DNA of 64,000 bases, taken from positions 131,254,001-131,318,000 of the forward strand of contig OZ360223.1 of assembly GCA_977017645.1 (NCBI GenBank), written 5' to 3'. Origin of the DNA: Torpedo marmorata (Eukaryota). The notes under the pieces were generated by a model that made no database searches, was not told the origin of the DNA, and saw nothing but the letters and a program-made list of their open reading frames with translations. This document shows, in pieces, positions 1 to 12,160 of this stretch (positions are counted from its first letter, which is position 1; the number at the start of each line of letters is the position of its first letter). The position numbers were made by a program, and so were the translations under genes.

Positions 1-6
1 CCCAGA

Positions 7-2712
7 TTGGACCAAGACGATCAGATGAAATTAAACTCCCCTTTCTCCAGAGAGGAGATCGAAGAAGCCTTGAGTTCATTACAAGTTAATAAATCATCGG
101 GGGAGAATGGTTTCCTGCCCGAGTTCTACAGAGAATTTAAAGAACTTCTGATGCCCCTTATTATGGATGTGGTCAACCGGGCAGCGGAAACACAGACTCT
201 CCCGGAATCCTTTTCAACAGCTATTATTACGGTTATACCCAAGAAAAATAGAGATCTATTAAAGCCGTCTTCATATAGACCTATTTCATTGCTAAATGCT
301 GATTATAAGATAATAGCTAAGGCATTAGCGAATAGATTGGGTCATTATTTTTCAAAATTGATAAATCCGGATCAAGTCGGATTTGTGAAGAGGAGATACT
401 CTGCTAACAAATTGGGTAGATTATTTAGTATAATACATTTGGCACAATCCAAAATAGACCCAAGCATAGCCGTGTCTTTAGACACGGAAAAAGCCTTTGA
501 TAGGCTGGAATGGCCTTTTTTATTTAAAGTACTTGAAAAGTTTGGACTGGGACAATCATTTGTCCAATGGGTAAAAACACTTTACTATAAACCTCGGGCT
601 AAAATTATAACGAATGGGCAAATATCGTCGACATTCTCACTGAGTAGATCCAGTAGGCAGGGTTGTCCACTGTCTCCAGGGCTTTTTGTATTAGCAATTG
701 AACCTTTAGCGGAAGCTATCAAGAGGGATCCAGAAATAAAGGGATTCAAGGTGGATCAGGTAGATCACAAGATTAACTTGTTTGCAGATGATGTATTGTT
801 ATATCTAACAAACCCGGCTGAGTCTTTGACCAAATTGCAGACTACACTGGAGGATTACGGTATGATTTCAGGATATAAAATAAATTTAGACAAAAGTGAA
901 ATAATGCCACTGACGAAATTTGATTATAAAAAATATCAACAGTGGAGTCGCTTTAGATGGCAACCAGAAGGTATCAAGTATCTAGAGATAATGACTGATA
1001 ATAATCTACAGAATTTATATAAACTCAATTACCTCCCGGTGCTTGGAAAGATTGAAGACGATTTACTTAGATGGAGAAGTCTGCCCATCACATTAGTGGG
1101 CAGGGTTAATTGTATCAAAATGACGGTGATGCTGAAATTGCAATACCTTTTTCAATTTTTACCTATCCCTTTGCCACAAACCTTTTTCAAAACACTCAGT
1201 GGATATGTAAGACAGTTCATCTGGAATGGTAAAGTTTCCAGAGTCTCCATGGAAAAGCTGACGTGGGATTATAAATTGGGGGGTTTACGATTACCAGATT
1301 TTAAGAAGTATTACTTTGCAGCCCAGTCGAGGTTACTCTCATCCTTTTTTGAGGAGGTTGATATCCTTCCATGGGTCCAAATTGGACTAAATACTATAGG
1401 GGAGAAAATAGCTAAGGACTTTATTTACAAATGGAATACTAAGTTTAAATCAAAAAGAATGAACAACCCCATTCTGAAACATATGATTAAAATTTGGCAA
1501 GAAATCAATGAGTGTATTGGAGGAAAAGTTGGAATATCCCCCAAAACACCTCTGTTTCAAAATGAACTTATGCTCATGAATTTAGGTAATAAAATATTGA
1601 ACGTTTGGTATCAGAAGGGGATTCGGCATATTGAAGATTGTTATGATAATGGACAGCTTATGTCCTTTGAACAACACAGCACCAATAGCCTGAATACGAC
1701 TGGGATTGTCTGATCTCAGAAGCTAAGCAGGCACAGGACTGGTCAGTATTTGGAGGGGAGACCGCCAAGGAAGACCAGGTGCTGTAGGTTTCTCTGAGGG
1801 GCGCTGGACAAAATAGCGACCCTCTGTCTGCCATACGGTACACAGAAATTAAAGAATTTCATGTATGTTACATTCTAAATGTAGTATTACGTGACAATAA
1901 TGGAACCTTTACCTTTACAACTTAAAGATAAATATGATTTGTCTAATAGAACCTTTCACTGTTTTCTCCAATTAAGATCCTTCCTGCGAGAAAGGTGGGG
2001 TCCTACAATGACTCCACCTACAAGCAACGAGGTAGAACAGTTACTTCGACTGGGAAATGCACTCAAATTTATATCCAGAATGTACTTTGTGCTCCAAGGC
2101 GAAAGCCCTAAGCCAGGTATACATAGATCGAGGGAGAGGTGGGAGTCGGACCTGGGTACGACATTCAGGAGCGTTGCTGGTCAGACTGGTGTCTGATTAG
2201 TATGACGACAGTTATTAATGCTAGATACAGGTTGGTCCAGTATAATTTCTTGCACCAACTATATCTCACACCACAAAAGTTACACAAATCAAAATCCGAA
2301 ATATCGGAAATATGTTTCAGATGTGGTGGAGAAATTGGAACTTTCCTGCACTCCACTTGGTCCTGTGCAAAGGTAAGACCATTTTGGTATGATATATCTA
2401 ATACACTAACCAGAATTACGGGAGTAGCCTTTCCACTGGACCCGGAGTTGTATCTCTTAGGAAACCTAATGGACATAAGCTACAAATTATCTAAATTCCA
2501 AATTCAATTTGTGCTAGTTACTTTGTCCGTAGCAAAAAAAAATGCATAGCAGTCACTTGGAAGTCCGACTCCCCCCTTCTTATCAATCGATGGTCAGCAG
2601 AAATGCGCAGTTGTATTCCTATGGAGAAAATCACATATAATCTTAGGAATAAATATGATACATTTGTTAAGGTGTGGCAACCATACCTAGAGTATATTGG
2701 TGTCGAGTTATA
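7..2712 (+). pseudogene. L1 ORF2 (reverse transcriptase plus C-terminal zinc knuckle), disrupted
   Basis: Open for about 555 codons up to the SINE insertion, then frameshifts. Ends ...VWQPYLEYIGVEL*. Confidence 0.9.
1676..1916 (+). mobile_element. 5S rRNA-derived SINE (SINE3 type) with Rex1/Babar-like 3' tail
   Basis: 1676-1790 aligns to 5S rRNA (GTCTGATCTCAGAAGCTAAGCAGG; TGGAGGGGAGACCGCC; GGTGCTGTAGG). Tail AAAGAATTTCATG...GTGACAATAA then (ACCTTT)2. TSD ACAAC at 1671-1675 and 1917-1921; removing the insert restores L1 MSFEQLKDKY. Confidence 0.9.
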
Positions 2713-2995
2713 ATTTAAACCCTAAAGTACAGTACAATATAATGTATAAATATTTAATGGTGTCACGTCTCCAAGAAGATTGAAAAATCAATGTAAGCAC
2801 TGACGGTTCGTTTAGTTTTTTTTTCTTTTTCTTCTGTTTGTTTTACTTCTTTATGTTTTTTCTTTTCAGTTGGAGGGAGGGAGGGAGGGAGGGAGAGTTT
2901 AATAATAATGTTGTGTATAATTGGAAATTGTGTATTTTTTGTTTATATTGTGAACTTTTCTTGAAAATGAAAAATAAAATATTTTTTTTAAAAAA

Positions 2996-3425
2996 GAATC
3001 CTCTCCAATAGCTTCCCTTCTACTGATGCAAGTCTCACCAGCCTATAATTTGCTTGATTGTCCCTATTTCCCTCCTTAAACATAGGAACAGCATTGGCTA
3101 TTTTCAAATCTTCTGGCATCTTAGCTGTGACTAAAAAGGATACAAAGATCTCAGCCAAGGCCCAATAACTTCCTGCTTTGCCTCCCTCAGTATCCCAGGA
3201 TAGATACTATTGGGGCCTGGGAACTTATAGACCTTAATGCTCTTCACAAGATCAAATACCTCCTGTTTCTTAATATCAACATATTCTCCCAAACTATTAT
3301 CCATGTCCTTCTCCTTTGTGAATACTAATGCAAAGCAATCATTTACTTCCTTGTCACCTTGGCCCCAGGCAAAAATTCCCTCCTTTGTCTTTAACTGGTC
3401 CTGCCCTTTCCTTAGCTACTTTGTT
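2996..3425 (-). mobile_element. CR1 LINE fragment (start of RT region)
   Basis: Reverse strand reads VPMFKEGNRDNQANYRLVRLASVEGKLLERI, a degenerate CR1 motif. Confidence 0.8.
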
Positions 3426-4134
3426 TGATCTCTTCTTGACTCACATGTATTGGTCTGTCCATTGCAGAATGGAGGTTAGGAACACAATGAGCACATACAC
3501 TTTACAGAAGCAGATGAGCTGAGATAGTGGGAGACAATGATATTAAGATGGAGAAAGACAATGGTTCCAACATGTGGAATGAAACACCTCCCAGGGTTCA
3601 AGACTGTGACCTTGCTAAAAAATACAGCTGCTAACAACCATTGGGGGATTTTTACCATCTATTTTCTCATGTGCATTACAGCCCAGATAGAACTGGTATG
3701 GCTTTAATGCAAGCCTACCACTAAAGGGAATCATAAGCCACTCTGAGAATTCAGGCACATGTAAAAGGGAGTGTCCCTCAGACACTCAAAGCATTAGGAA
3801 TTCTGGCACCAACTGAAACAAAAACGGCAAAACAGAAGAGAATCATTGCAAACCACCATACCACAAACCAGGCTCTCATTTTGAAGCAAAGGACATTACC
3901 ACTTAAAGTTGTACCACCAATATCTCCAGACTAAGCTGTTATCTCTTTGATGATTTTTTTCCCACATCCGTGACTCACTTCTCATGTCTCAGACTGTTCC
4001 TCCAAGACATGACATTCCAGCTGTGGTTTATGTGTCACTTCGGCTGCCTTGATTCCAGGTGTTTCTCATGGGGAAGAGGGAAAAGAGAATAACAAAAGAA
4101 CATAACCAGGATAGGAGCGTCCATAACTAGAAAA

Positions 4135-4405
4135 CATTGGATCAAGGGAAGGAGGAATGATTTAAAGGAGACCTGAGGGGGGAGCAACTTTTTAGGTTGT
4201 TGCGTATATGGAATGAGCTGCCAGAGGAAGTGATAGAGGCAGATGCAATTATGACATTTAAAAGATATTTACAGGTTCATAGATAGGGAAGTTTAGGAGG
4301 GATGGGGGCCAAGCACAGGGAATAAGCTGAGATGGGAAATTTAGTTGGCATGGATGAATTGGGTGGAGTGCCTTTTTCCATCTTGCATAGCACTATGACT
4401 CTATA
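4135..4405 (+). mobile_element. CR1 3' fragment
   Basis: WNELPEEVIEA..FKRYL motif followed by the CR1 tail ending CTATGACTCTAT. Confidence 0.75.
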
Positions 4406-4514
4406 ACAACCAGAAACAGGAGTTGGCTCTTAAGCCTGCTCTGCCATTCAATTAGATCTTGTCTGATCAAACAACTCACGTCTACTTTTCCTCCCCATAT
4501 CCTCTGATCCCTTA
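4406..4514 (-). mobile_element. CR1 3' tail fragment
   Basis: GAAACAGGAG..GCCTGCTCTGCCATTCAAT..GATC matches the antisense CR1 tails at 11160 and 49615. Confidence 0.6.
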
Positions 4515-4820
4515 GCACAGTGGTAGATCAGTTAGTGCTGATGTTCCACATCTCCGGTTGTGTTTGACCTTAACTTCAGGTGCTGTCTGGAGTTTGCACG
4601 CTCTCCTTGCCTCCTCCTTGTGTTGCGGTGTCTTCCCAAATCATAAAGCTATTCTGGTTGGTCGGTTGATTGGCTGTTGTAAATTGCTCCTGGTGCAGGA
4701 GCAAGCCGGAACAATCAAGGTTGATGGGCAAGGTAGTGAGAAAAGGTCACAGAGGAATAATTGGAAATGGAGCTCATTGAGAGCCAGGATAGACATGATG
4801 GGCAGAATGACCTTTTATTT
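4515..4820 (+). mobile_element. Old tRNA-headed V-SINE
   Basis: GCACAGTGGT..GTTAGTGCTG head, then GGAGTTTGCACGCTCTCC and TTGATTGGCTGTTGTAAATTGC V-domain-like blocks. Confidence 0.6.
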
Positions 4821-6443
4821 CATATGAAAATATGAGTGATGTGTATCAATCTTACCCTTGACTGCAATAAACATAAATCTTGATCTTTACACACATGATG
4901 CAGTTTAAACTTTTTTTTTCTCCACAAGACTGTTAGCCCAGCTGACTGAATGAAACAAGTTCCAAGTCTGAGGTCCAGAAGGATTATAACTACCTCAGGA
5001 ACCAGACCTGGAAGTGTGCTAACCAGGAGGAAATTAATCACTGACATCTCTAAATTGAGTAGGCAACTTGCTTCGCATTATGCCTTAATTCCTTTGTCAC
5101 TGAAGTCCATAATATATAGCTATGGCCATTAACTGAAATTCCATTTCACTGTCCAACTTCAAACACTTTAGCATGCTAGAGGCATAAAGTACATTTGTTA
5201 TGTTGAACTCACGGGTTGAGTAGTCCATGACTGAACAGTGCAAACTGAAATGGATGATTCAGTGAGGCTCCAAGTCTCATTCTTCCAATGCTCTGATCCA
5301 TGGTATTGGTTCAGGCACTATGATGAGGTAGGAAGTGGTAAGTCAGACAACACTCCCACTTCTGATCGCTCCTGAACAGCTGCATCACATCAGCGTGGAA
5401 TTCAGGTGTTGACAGAAGCTCAGGATTGGCTGTAGTCCCTTCCTGCTCTGTGACCAGGGGAGAAAACATGACAAAGCTCTGCATCCTATCTTGGTATTGA
5501 GAAGTAAAATGTCTGTCCCATCCTAAAATTCCTTTTTGTTTTGTCCACCCAAGTACAATTGCAAAAAGACTCCAAAGATAAACTTTTACTTTGTCATAGG
5601 AAATCCTTAATCGTAATGTCAACAAATCCTTGCAGACTGACCCATTGGTGTAACCTGTCATCCTATTCTGTGTGGAGGTCAGTTCAGGACAACCCTGCAG
5701 AAGCAGAGAGGACTCTTGTATCCTAAGGACAAGTTTATTGTTTCCTCAGATCCAATAACAAGCATCAATCAATTTATATTACCTTCAATACACAATTCTA
5801 AGCCTGAGGCACAAAGTGCATAAGGTCCTACATGCGTATGTACAATCAGAAAACTATATGTTAAGACTCTATCAGGGATATTTATGCCTGGAATGTGTCC
5901 GAGGTGATTGGTAAGGAGCCTTGGATTGCATCCGGATCCTGACAGCTTGATTCAAAAGTTGAAGTTGATGAAGCACCGACCATTTCAGCTCTAAGATGTT
6001 AAAAACAGTCAGAGGAAAACTTCAGAGTTCACCCGTTACATTGGCCAAATCAAGCAGACAGCTGGCAGTTCCATCGGGGACCAGCAGCCCCTTGTCCCTC
6101 AGTTCATCTCTGACCTCTCCACATGCACAGTCAAACACAGAACTCCAAAACTTGCCTTGGCATTTGACTTCTCACTTTGTCACGGGGCGAAAGTGCTGAG
6201 GAGAGGGGACAAATATACTTCACACACAAACCTGTCAAATTTGTGTTTGGCCTGGGCTGTGTATGTACATAGACCCCTTTCATTTGAATGGGAGCAACAA
6301 CCACAGTATATGTTGAATTACTTTACCTTATTTTATTGCCTTAATTATTTGTTGTGTTTTACAGAATTTTAATTACATTTATTATTTTAGAGTCATTAAT
6401 CATTTTATTTATTTTAATACTTTAATTATTCGTTAGTGCTTTA

Positions 6444-7666
6444 CATTGGCAATGATCTTTGCGTCCTCCTAGGCCACAGGGGAGGTGCTGGAGGATTGGA
6501 GAATTGCAAATGTGGTCCCCTTGTTTAAAAAAGGTAATGGGGAGAATCCTGGGAATTATAGGCCAGTGAGTCTTGTGTCAGTGGTGTGCAAACTATTGGA
6601 GAGGATTCTTAAGGAAAGGATTTACGAGCATTTAGAAAAGTACAATCTTCTCATGGATAGTCAGCATGGCTTTGTGAGGGGAAGGCCGTGCCTCATGAGC
6701 CTAATTGAGTTTTTTGAGGAGGCAACAAAAGAAATTGATGAAGGTAGGCCAGTGGATGTGGTGCATATGGATATTAGGAAAGAATTTGACAAGGTCCCCC
6801 ATGGGAGACTCGTTCAGAAAGTCATGAGGGATAGGATCCATGGAACCTTGGCTGTGTGGATTCAGAATTGGATTGCCTGTAGAAAGCAGAGAGTAGTAAT
6901 GGACGGAAAGTATACTGCCTGGAGGTTAGTTACCTTTGAAGTTCCACAGGGATGGGTCGGTAAGTTGGCAGATAATATAAAGGTTGGAGGTGTTGTGGAT
7001 AGTGTTGAAGGTTGTCGTAGGTTACAACAGGATATATACAGGATGCAGAGTTGGGCAGAAAAGGGGCAGATGGAGTTCAATCCAGATAAGTGTGGGGTTA
7101 ATCATTTTGGAAGGTCAAATTTGAAGGTATAGTACATGGTTAATGGTAGGATACTTAACAGTGTGGAAGAACAGAGGGACCTTGGGGTCCAAATCCATAG
7201 ATCTCTTGAGGTTGCCGCGCAGGTTGATTGGATAGTTAAGAAGACCTAGGCTTCATTAGTCGGGGGAATGAGTTCAGGAGTCATGAGGTAATGTTGCAGC
7301 TCTATGAATCTCTGGTGAGACCATCAGAGATAGATAAGGTAGATAGCCAGCAGCCAGCACCTTTTCCCCAGGGTGGGAGTATCATTATCTGTACAAAGTG
7401 AAGGGTGGAAAATTTAGGGGAGATATCAGGGGTATTTTTTTTTACACAGAGAGCTGTTGGTGCCTGGAATGCATTGCCAGAGGTAGTGGTGGAGGCTGGA
7501 ACAATAGGAGCATTTAAGAGACTTTTTGACAGGCACATAGATGAAAGAAAAATAGAGGGTTATGAGGTAAGGAGTGTTTCGTTTTTTTGGGTTGTAGGTT
7601 TACATAGGTCGGCACAACATCATGAGCTGAAGGGCCTGTACCGTGCTGTAATGTTCTATGTTCTAT
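6444..7666 (+). mobile_element. CR1 LINE, 5'-truncated with internal deletions
   Basis: ORF 6485-7132 has EDWRIANVVPLFKKG..NYRPVSL, SQHGFVRGR and KLADNIKVGG. 3' end FFTQRAVGAWNALP and (TTCTATG)n tail. Confidence 0.93.
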
Positions 7667-7719
7667 TATTATAATTAAATGTACTATTCTTAATTTTAAA
7701 AATATTTCAATCCACATGT

Positions 7720-7882
7720 TAAACACAAAGTCTGCAGATGCTGGAGAATTGGAACAATACACAAAAGTGCTGGAGGAACTCACCAGGTCATGCAGCATCA
7801 ATGGAAAGCAATAGGCAGTCGACTCTTCAGGCCGGAACCCTTCATTGGGGATAAAATGTCGATTGTCTATTGCTTTCCATGG
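7720..7882 (-). mobile_element. Penelope-derived terminal-repeat fragment with fold-back
   Basis: GTGCTGGAGGAACTCACCAGGTCATGCAGCATC resembles the antisense of the Penelope pLTR at 43440-43577. Inverted arms at 7793-7823 and 7858-7882. Confidence 0.7.
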
Positions 7883-8036
7883 CAACTCTCATGTTTGAAT
7901 GAGATGGTTGTGAGTACAAATTGCATTCCATAGGCTTTGGCCCAGAATCAGAGGAACATAGGATGAGCTGCAAGGTTGGAGGTTCTGACTTTGGGTGACA
8001 TGGTACATCGTTGCCCTGCCTGTTCTCCTGAATGAA

Positions 8037-8510
8037 TCTAGAATCATAGAGTTTTACAGCACTGAAACAGGCCCTTCGGTCCACCTCATCCATGCCGACC
8101 AAGTTGTGTACCCAACTAGTCCAATTTGTCTGCATTTGGCCCATATCCCACGGAACCTTTCCTACCCATGTACCTGCCCAAATATTTTTTGAACATTGCA
8201 ATTGCACACACCTCTACCACTTCCTCTAGCAGTTCATTCCACATACGTACCTACCACCACTGAAAAGAAAAGGCACCCTTTAGTTTCCTTTTAAATCTTT
8301 GGCTTTCCAATTTAAATCTATACCCTCTCGTTTGAGGCTCCCCTGCTGTGAAAAAAAAGACTGTGACCATTTATCTTATCTATGCCCCTCATATTTTTAT
8401 ATAGTTCTCCAAGGTCATCCCTCAGCCTCCGGGGGTCTAGGAGGAAAAGCCCCAGCCAATCTGGTCCCTCCATTTAACTCAAGACCTCCAGTCCTGGCTT
8501 AAAGATCCTC
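8037..8510 (-). mobile_element. CR1 3' end
   Basis: Antisense tail AGAATCATAGAG..ACAGCACTGAAACAGGCCCTTCGG and the WNELLEEVVEV motif. Confidence 0.85.
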
Positions 8511-8564
8511 CCTGCACTATTTTGCAGGTAAGTTATTTTCATTATTATTTTCATTATCTGGAAC

Positions 8565-8835
8565 TACCTATCTCTAATTTTCCCCTGAGAAAGTGGTGGC
8601 CACCTTTTGGATCACTGCAGTCCATCTGGTGAAGGTACACCTGCAGTGCTGGTGGGGACAGCTTCCAGGATTTAAATCCAGTGAAGATACAACAATGTAA
8701 TTCCATGTCAGAGTGGTGTGTGTCCATGGAGAGGAAGCTGTGGGCAGTAAAGAGGGACAGAGAGGTGTTTCTGAGTCTCTGTTGCCCTTGCCTTTCTTGG
8801 TGTTGGAGGAAATGGGGTTTGGGAGATGCTGTTAA
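8565..8835 (-). mobile_element. Old CR1/L2-group LINE 3' fragment
   Basis: Reverse strand gives HSDME..FTGFKSW and a degenerate GLQ..KRWPPL end, resembling the C-terminus of a recalled shark LINE. Confidence 0.5.
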
Positions 8836-8857
8836 ATGCACTGCATTTTGTCATTAG

Positions 8858-9185
8858 TGACCTGGCCAATATTTGTACCTCAATTACTATCGCTAAAACA
8901 GGCAATCTGTTGATCACTCTTCCGGTTTTAGTAGTATGTAAGCAATGGGCTATATACATCATCTCAACTCCACTTTGCTGCTTGATCTCCATTGGCCTTG
9001 ATTCCCCAGTTCATGTTTGATGCCTTAGCTTTCTGTTGTAGAGAATTCCAAAGAATCATAGGCCTCTGATGGAAGAAATTCCTCATCTCAGCCATAAGTG
9101 GAATCTTGCTGTGCACACGATGGCCACTAGGTTGCAGCACTGCAGACACAATATTTCTATAAGTACTTCATTGGCTGCAAACCAG
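8858..9185 (+). mobile_element. DeuSINE (SacSINE1/AmnSINE-like) 3' remnant, split by a CR1-like fragment at about 8930-9096
   Basis: GTGACCTGGCCAATATTT..CCTCAA..CTAAAACAG, then GGAATCTTGCTGTGC...AAGTACTTCATTGGCTG. These are consecutive parts of the recalled Deu domain and tail. Confidence 0.65.
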
Positions 9186-9199
9186 TGTGTCACATTCAG

Positions 9200-9984
9200 A
9201 TCTTATGAAGTACATACTGGGACCAGGTACTGAAAGAGTTAACTTGCCCAGGACTGGCTGTACTCAGAGAGAGAGACAGGTGGAGGAAAGATACTTTGTT
9301 GCACTTTTGCAAAAGCAGGTGCAAACCCCTGCAAAAAGCATTCAGTCTGGAGTTGCAAAAGGCTAGAGCAATAACACAAAAACCAGGCTTGTGCATTCCA
9401 GTAAAAGACTGGGGAAAATAGCACATGGCCTTTTGAATCAGCAAAATACTGAGATAAAGCAACTTTCGTGAAGAACAGATGTAAGATCAGCGAGACAGGC
9501 TGTGAGATCCAAATATACGCCTCAATCAGTGGTATACTGATTTGGAATCGCAATCCTCGTGTACCTTCCAAAAGGGAAAGTCATCAGGGAAGAAAAGCAC
9601 GCCAAGCATTCGTAAGCTTAAACAGACATTGTCTCTCTCTCCAACGTTCATTAAGGTCCTTCGTGCCAGTGCACAGAGCTGAATTTGGACCCTGAACATA
9701 GAGAGTGATTTTTGTAGATTGTATTTTTGGGACTGACTTATTTTTATGACTGACCTGGGGTTTTGGGGAAGGTTTTCCATTTTTACATGAGGGTTGGACA
9801 CAGACTGTAATGGTCTGGGCTTTACACACACACACACTCTTTAGATAAAAATAGTGTTTATAGATGTTTATAGTGGGGTTAATTGTTAAGAAATTATATG
9901 TTTAATTGTCTTTAATAAATATAAATTTAAATTTTACCCCTTTTGCATTGCGTCTTCTGTCGTTGCTGGTTTGAATTTGTAACA
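9200..9984 (+). mobile_element. 5'-truncated solo LTR of the Gmr1-like family
   Basis: Reverse complement of LTR 12161-13032. Ends GAATTTGTAACA followed by ATAT. The first ~55 bp are missing. Confidence 0.92.
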
Positions 9985-10099
9985 ATATTTATACAATAGA
10001 AAAAAAATGAACAATATACGGTAATTATGATATGTGCTACAGAACTAGTAAAAAAAAGTTACAATAATGATCATATGTAAAAATTCAGAAGTACAATCC

Positions 10100-10315
10100 A
10101 ATGCTCACTAATATTTGACATTTCCATCCTGGGGAAAAAATACTTTATTTACTCTATGTATGCCTCTCATAATTCTATCAGATTGTCCTCATCTTCTGAT
10201 GCTCCAGAGAAGATAATTCAAGTTTGTCCAAAATCTCCTCACAGCTAATACTCTAATCTAAGCAATATTTTGATGACTTATTGCACCTTCTCATATCTCC
10301 ACATTATTCCTATAA
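10100..10315 (-). mobile_element. Degenerate CR1 fragment
   Basis: TTTGACATTTCCATCCTGGGG..CTCCAGAGAA..AGTTTGTCCAA matches other antisense CR1 copies, e.g. 35068-35190. Confidence 0.7.
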
Positions 10316-11159
10316 TTCCTGCATCTGAATTAACAAATCCGCCAGTCCTATGGATGTAAAATGAAATCATCACAACTTGAGAGACTGTCAGTGTAACGGG
10401 TTTGCATAGGGTGTAGAAAAAGAGACGACTCACGGAATTGTTTTCCAACATTTATTCGCTCCCTTTAGAAGACAAAATATACAACCATTGTCTTCTGGGT
10501 TTTCTTCCTTTTTTGCCCCTTTTGCTCCCTTAGCAAGTAACAAGCAGTATCAGGAACAGGAAGGGAGGGGCTTAGGAGGCGCACAAGAGGTGTGCACCGC
10601 CAAACTCATTCCCACCGGAAACATTATTAAAATGACAGTAAATACAAGTGACTCATTGAGATAAAATTCACAAATACAGAATTGATAAAAAAAATTATTA
10701 AAACACATTTTTAACTCTGTTACATCAGCAGCACTTGAGCAGAATCAGCCATATTTCATTTTGGAAGCAAGTCTCTGTGGTTGTATTAATGACATGTTGA
10801 CAGAATTGCAACAAAATGTAGTCGGTAAGATTTATCAATGATTCCCAACAATTCCTGTAACTTAATAGAAGATGGATACTTATTTTGGTTTCATCCTGTA
10901 AAACCACCATTGTAGGACTATGTGCTCTGTAACATTAGTCATCAGATTTGTCACTGACTGTACACACCAGATGTTAGAAAATTCCTGAATTGTTACTCAC
11001 AGAGAGTTCTTTACCAACTGAACAGTTGAAAGAAGGGAAGAGTTCTAATAGACAGCAGATTAGATACACTCACAGAAAACACAAGAAACTTAACTTTACT
11101 TAAAGTGATGCACAAAACCAGTAGCTGGTGAATTGCTTGAGGAAGAAGTGAACAATAAA

Positions 11160-11306
11160 ACACAAGAAATAGGAGCAGGAGTTGGCCATCTTGCTCATCA
11201 AGCCTGCTCCACCATTCAGTAAGATCACGGCTAATCTGGCCGTGGAATCAGCTCCACTTACCTGCCTGTTCCCCATAAATCTTAATTCCCCTATTATTCA
11301 AAAATA
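11160..11306 (-). mobile_element. CR1 3' tail
   Basis: AAGAAATAGGAGCAGGAGT..GCCAT, nearly the same as 49625-49755. Cut at TA by the Tigger-like MITE. Confidence 0.8.
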
Positions 11307-11632
11307 CAGTACAACTCCGATTATCCGAAATGGTCGGGACCGGGCCTATTTCGGATAAACGATATTTTCGGATAACTAGTCATTTTTTAAAAACAGCCCA
11401 GTAGCAACAGCAAATCACTTGTAACAGTGTTTAAACAACAACAAACAACAAGGGAGGCTTTTTAAGCATGAAATAATGTTTAATTTTCACCAAAACACAA
11501 CCTGAACAAAATAAGATAAATCCAACACCAAAAACTCAAAATTCTACTCAGAGGTTTTTCCAAAATTCTAAATTTTTTCAACCTGTGATGTCAGTTCGGC
11601 TCCAAAAAAATTTCGGATAACTGAGGATTTCT
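11307..11632. mobile_element. Tigger/pogo-like MITE; left part, resumes at 19640 after the L1 insertion
   Basis: TA followed by TIR CAGTACAACTCCGATTATCCGAAA, with repeated TTCGGATAA subterminal motifs. Related to 38279-39168. Confidence 0.8.
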
Positions 11633-12160
11633 TTTTAAAATATTTTTATTGAGTTTAACATATAACATGTATACAGAAAAAAATTCTTTTAAAAAACACA
11701 TATATAAAGAAAAAAGAAATGGAACTGCATTGACCAGTTCCTAAGTTCAGATGAGAGATAAGTTATGAATGTTAAAGCTCATATTTCAAATTATTGAACT
11801 AAAAAGAATAATATAAAAGAAAAAAAATCAACAAAAAAAAACCTAACAAACTAAAACTAATCTAACCCCTCCCTCTAATCAAGGTTACCTTTATACAAAA
11901 AAAAGGAAAAGAAAAATGGATCAGATAGCGACCTCCAGACATCGGACAGAGAATCCTCAGGATATTCACGGTTATTAATTCTTCCAATCATGATAGTATT
12001 CTATGAATGGGCCCCATATCTTTAAAAATTGGAACTTTCTAGCTTTAATATTATATCTAATTTTCTCCAAGCTCAAATAAGACATTACATCCTGTAACCA
12101 CTGTATATGTGTAGGTGAGGAACCATCTTTCCATTTCAATAGAATTGCTCGTCTGGCTAT

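Larger units (their letters stand above)
1..2995 (+). mobile_element. L1 (LINE-1) 3' half: ORF2 RT and C-terminal domain, 3'UTR, A-rich tail; runs off the window at its 5' side
   Basis: ORFs 7-1713, 1891-2196 and 2139-2549 give L1 ORF2 motifs (YRPISLLNADYK, SRQGCPLSP, LFADD, CFRC..H..W.C). T-rich/G-rich 3'UTR and AATAAA near 2972. Interrupted by a SINE at 1676-1916. Confidence 0.95.

Noticed and set aside
1676-1790. 5S rRNA gene
   Set aside because: Too diverged, lacks the first bases, is fused to a LINE-type tail and sits in a TSD inside L1; it is a SINE head.
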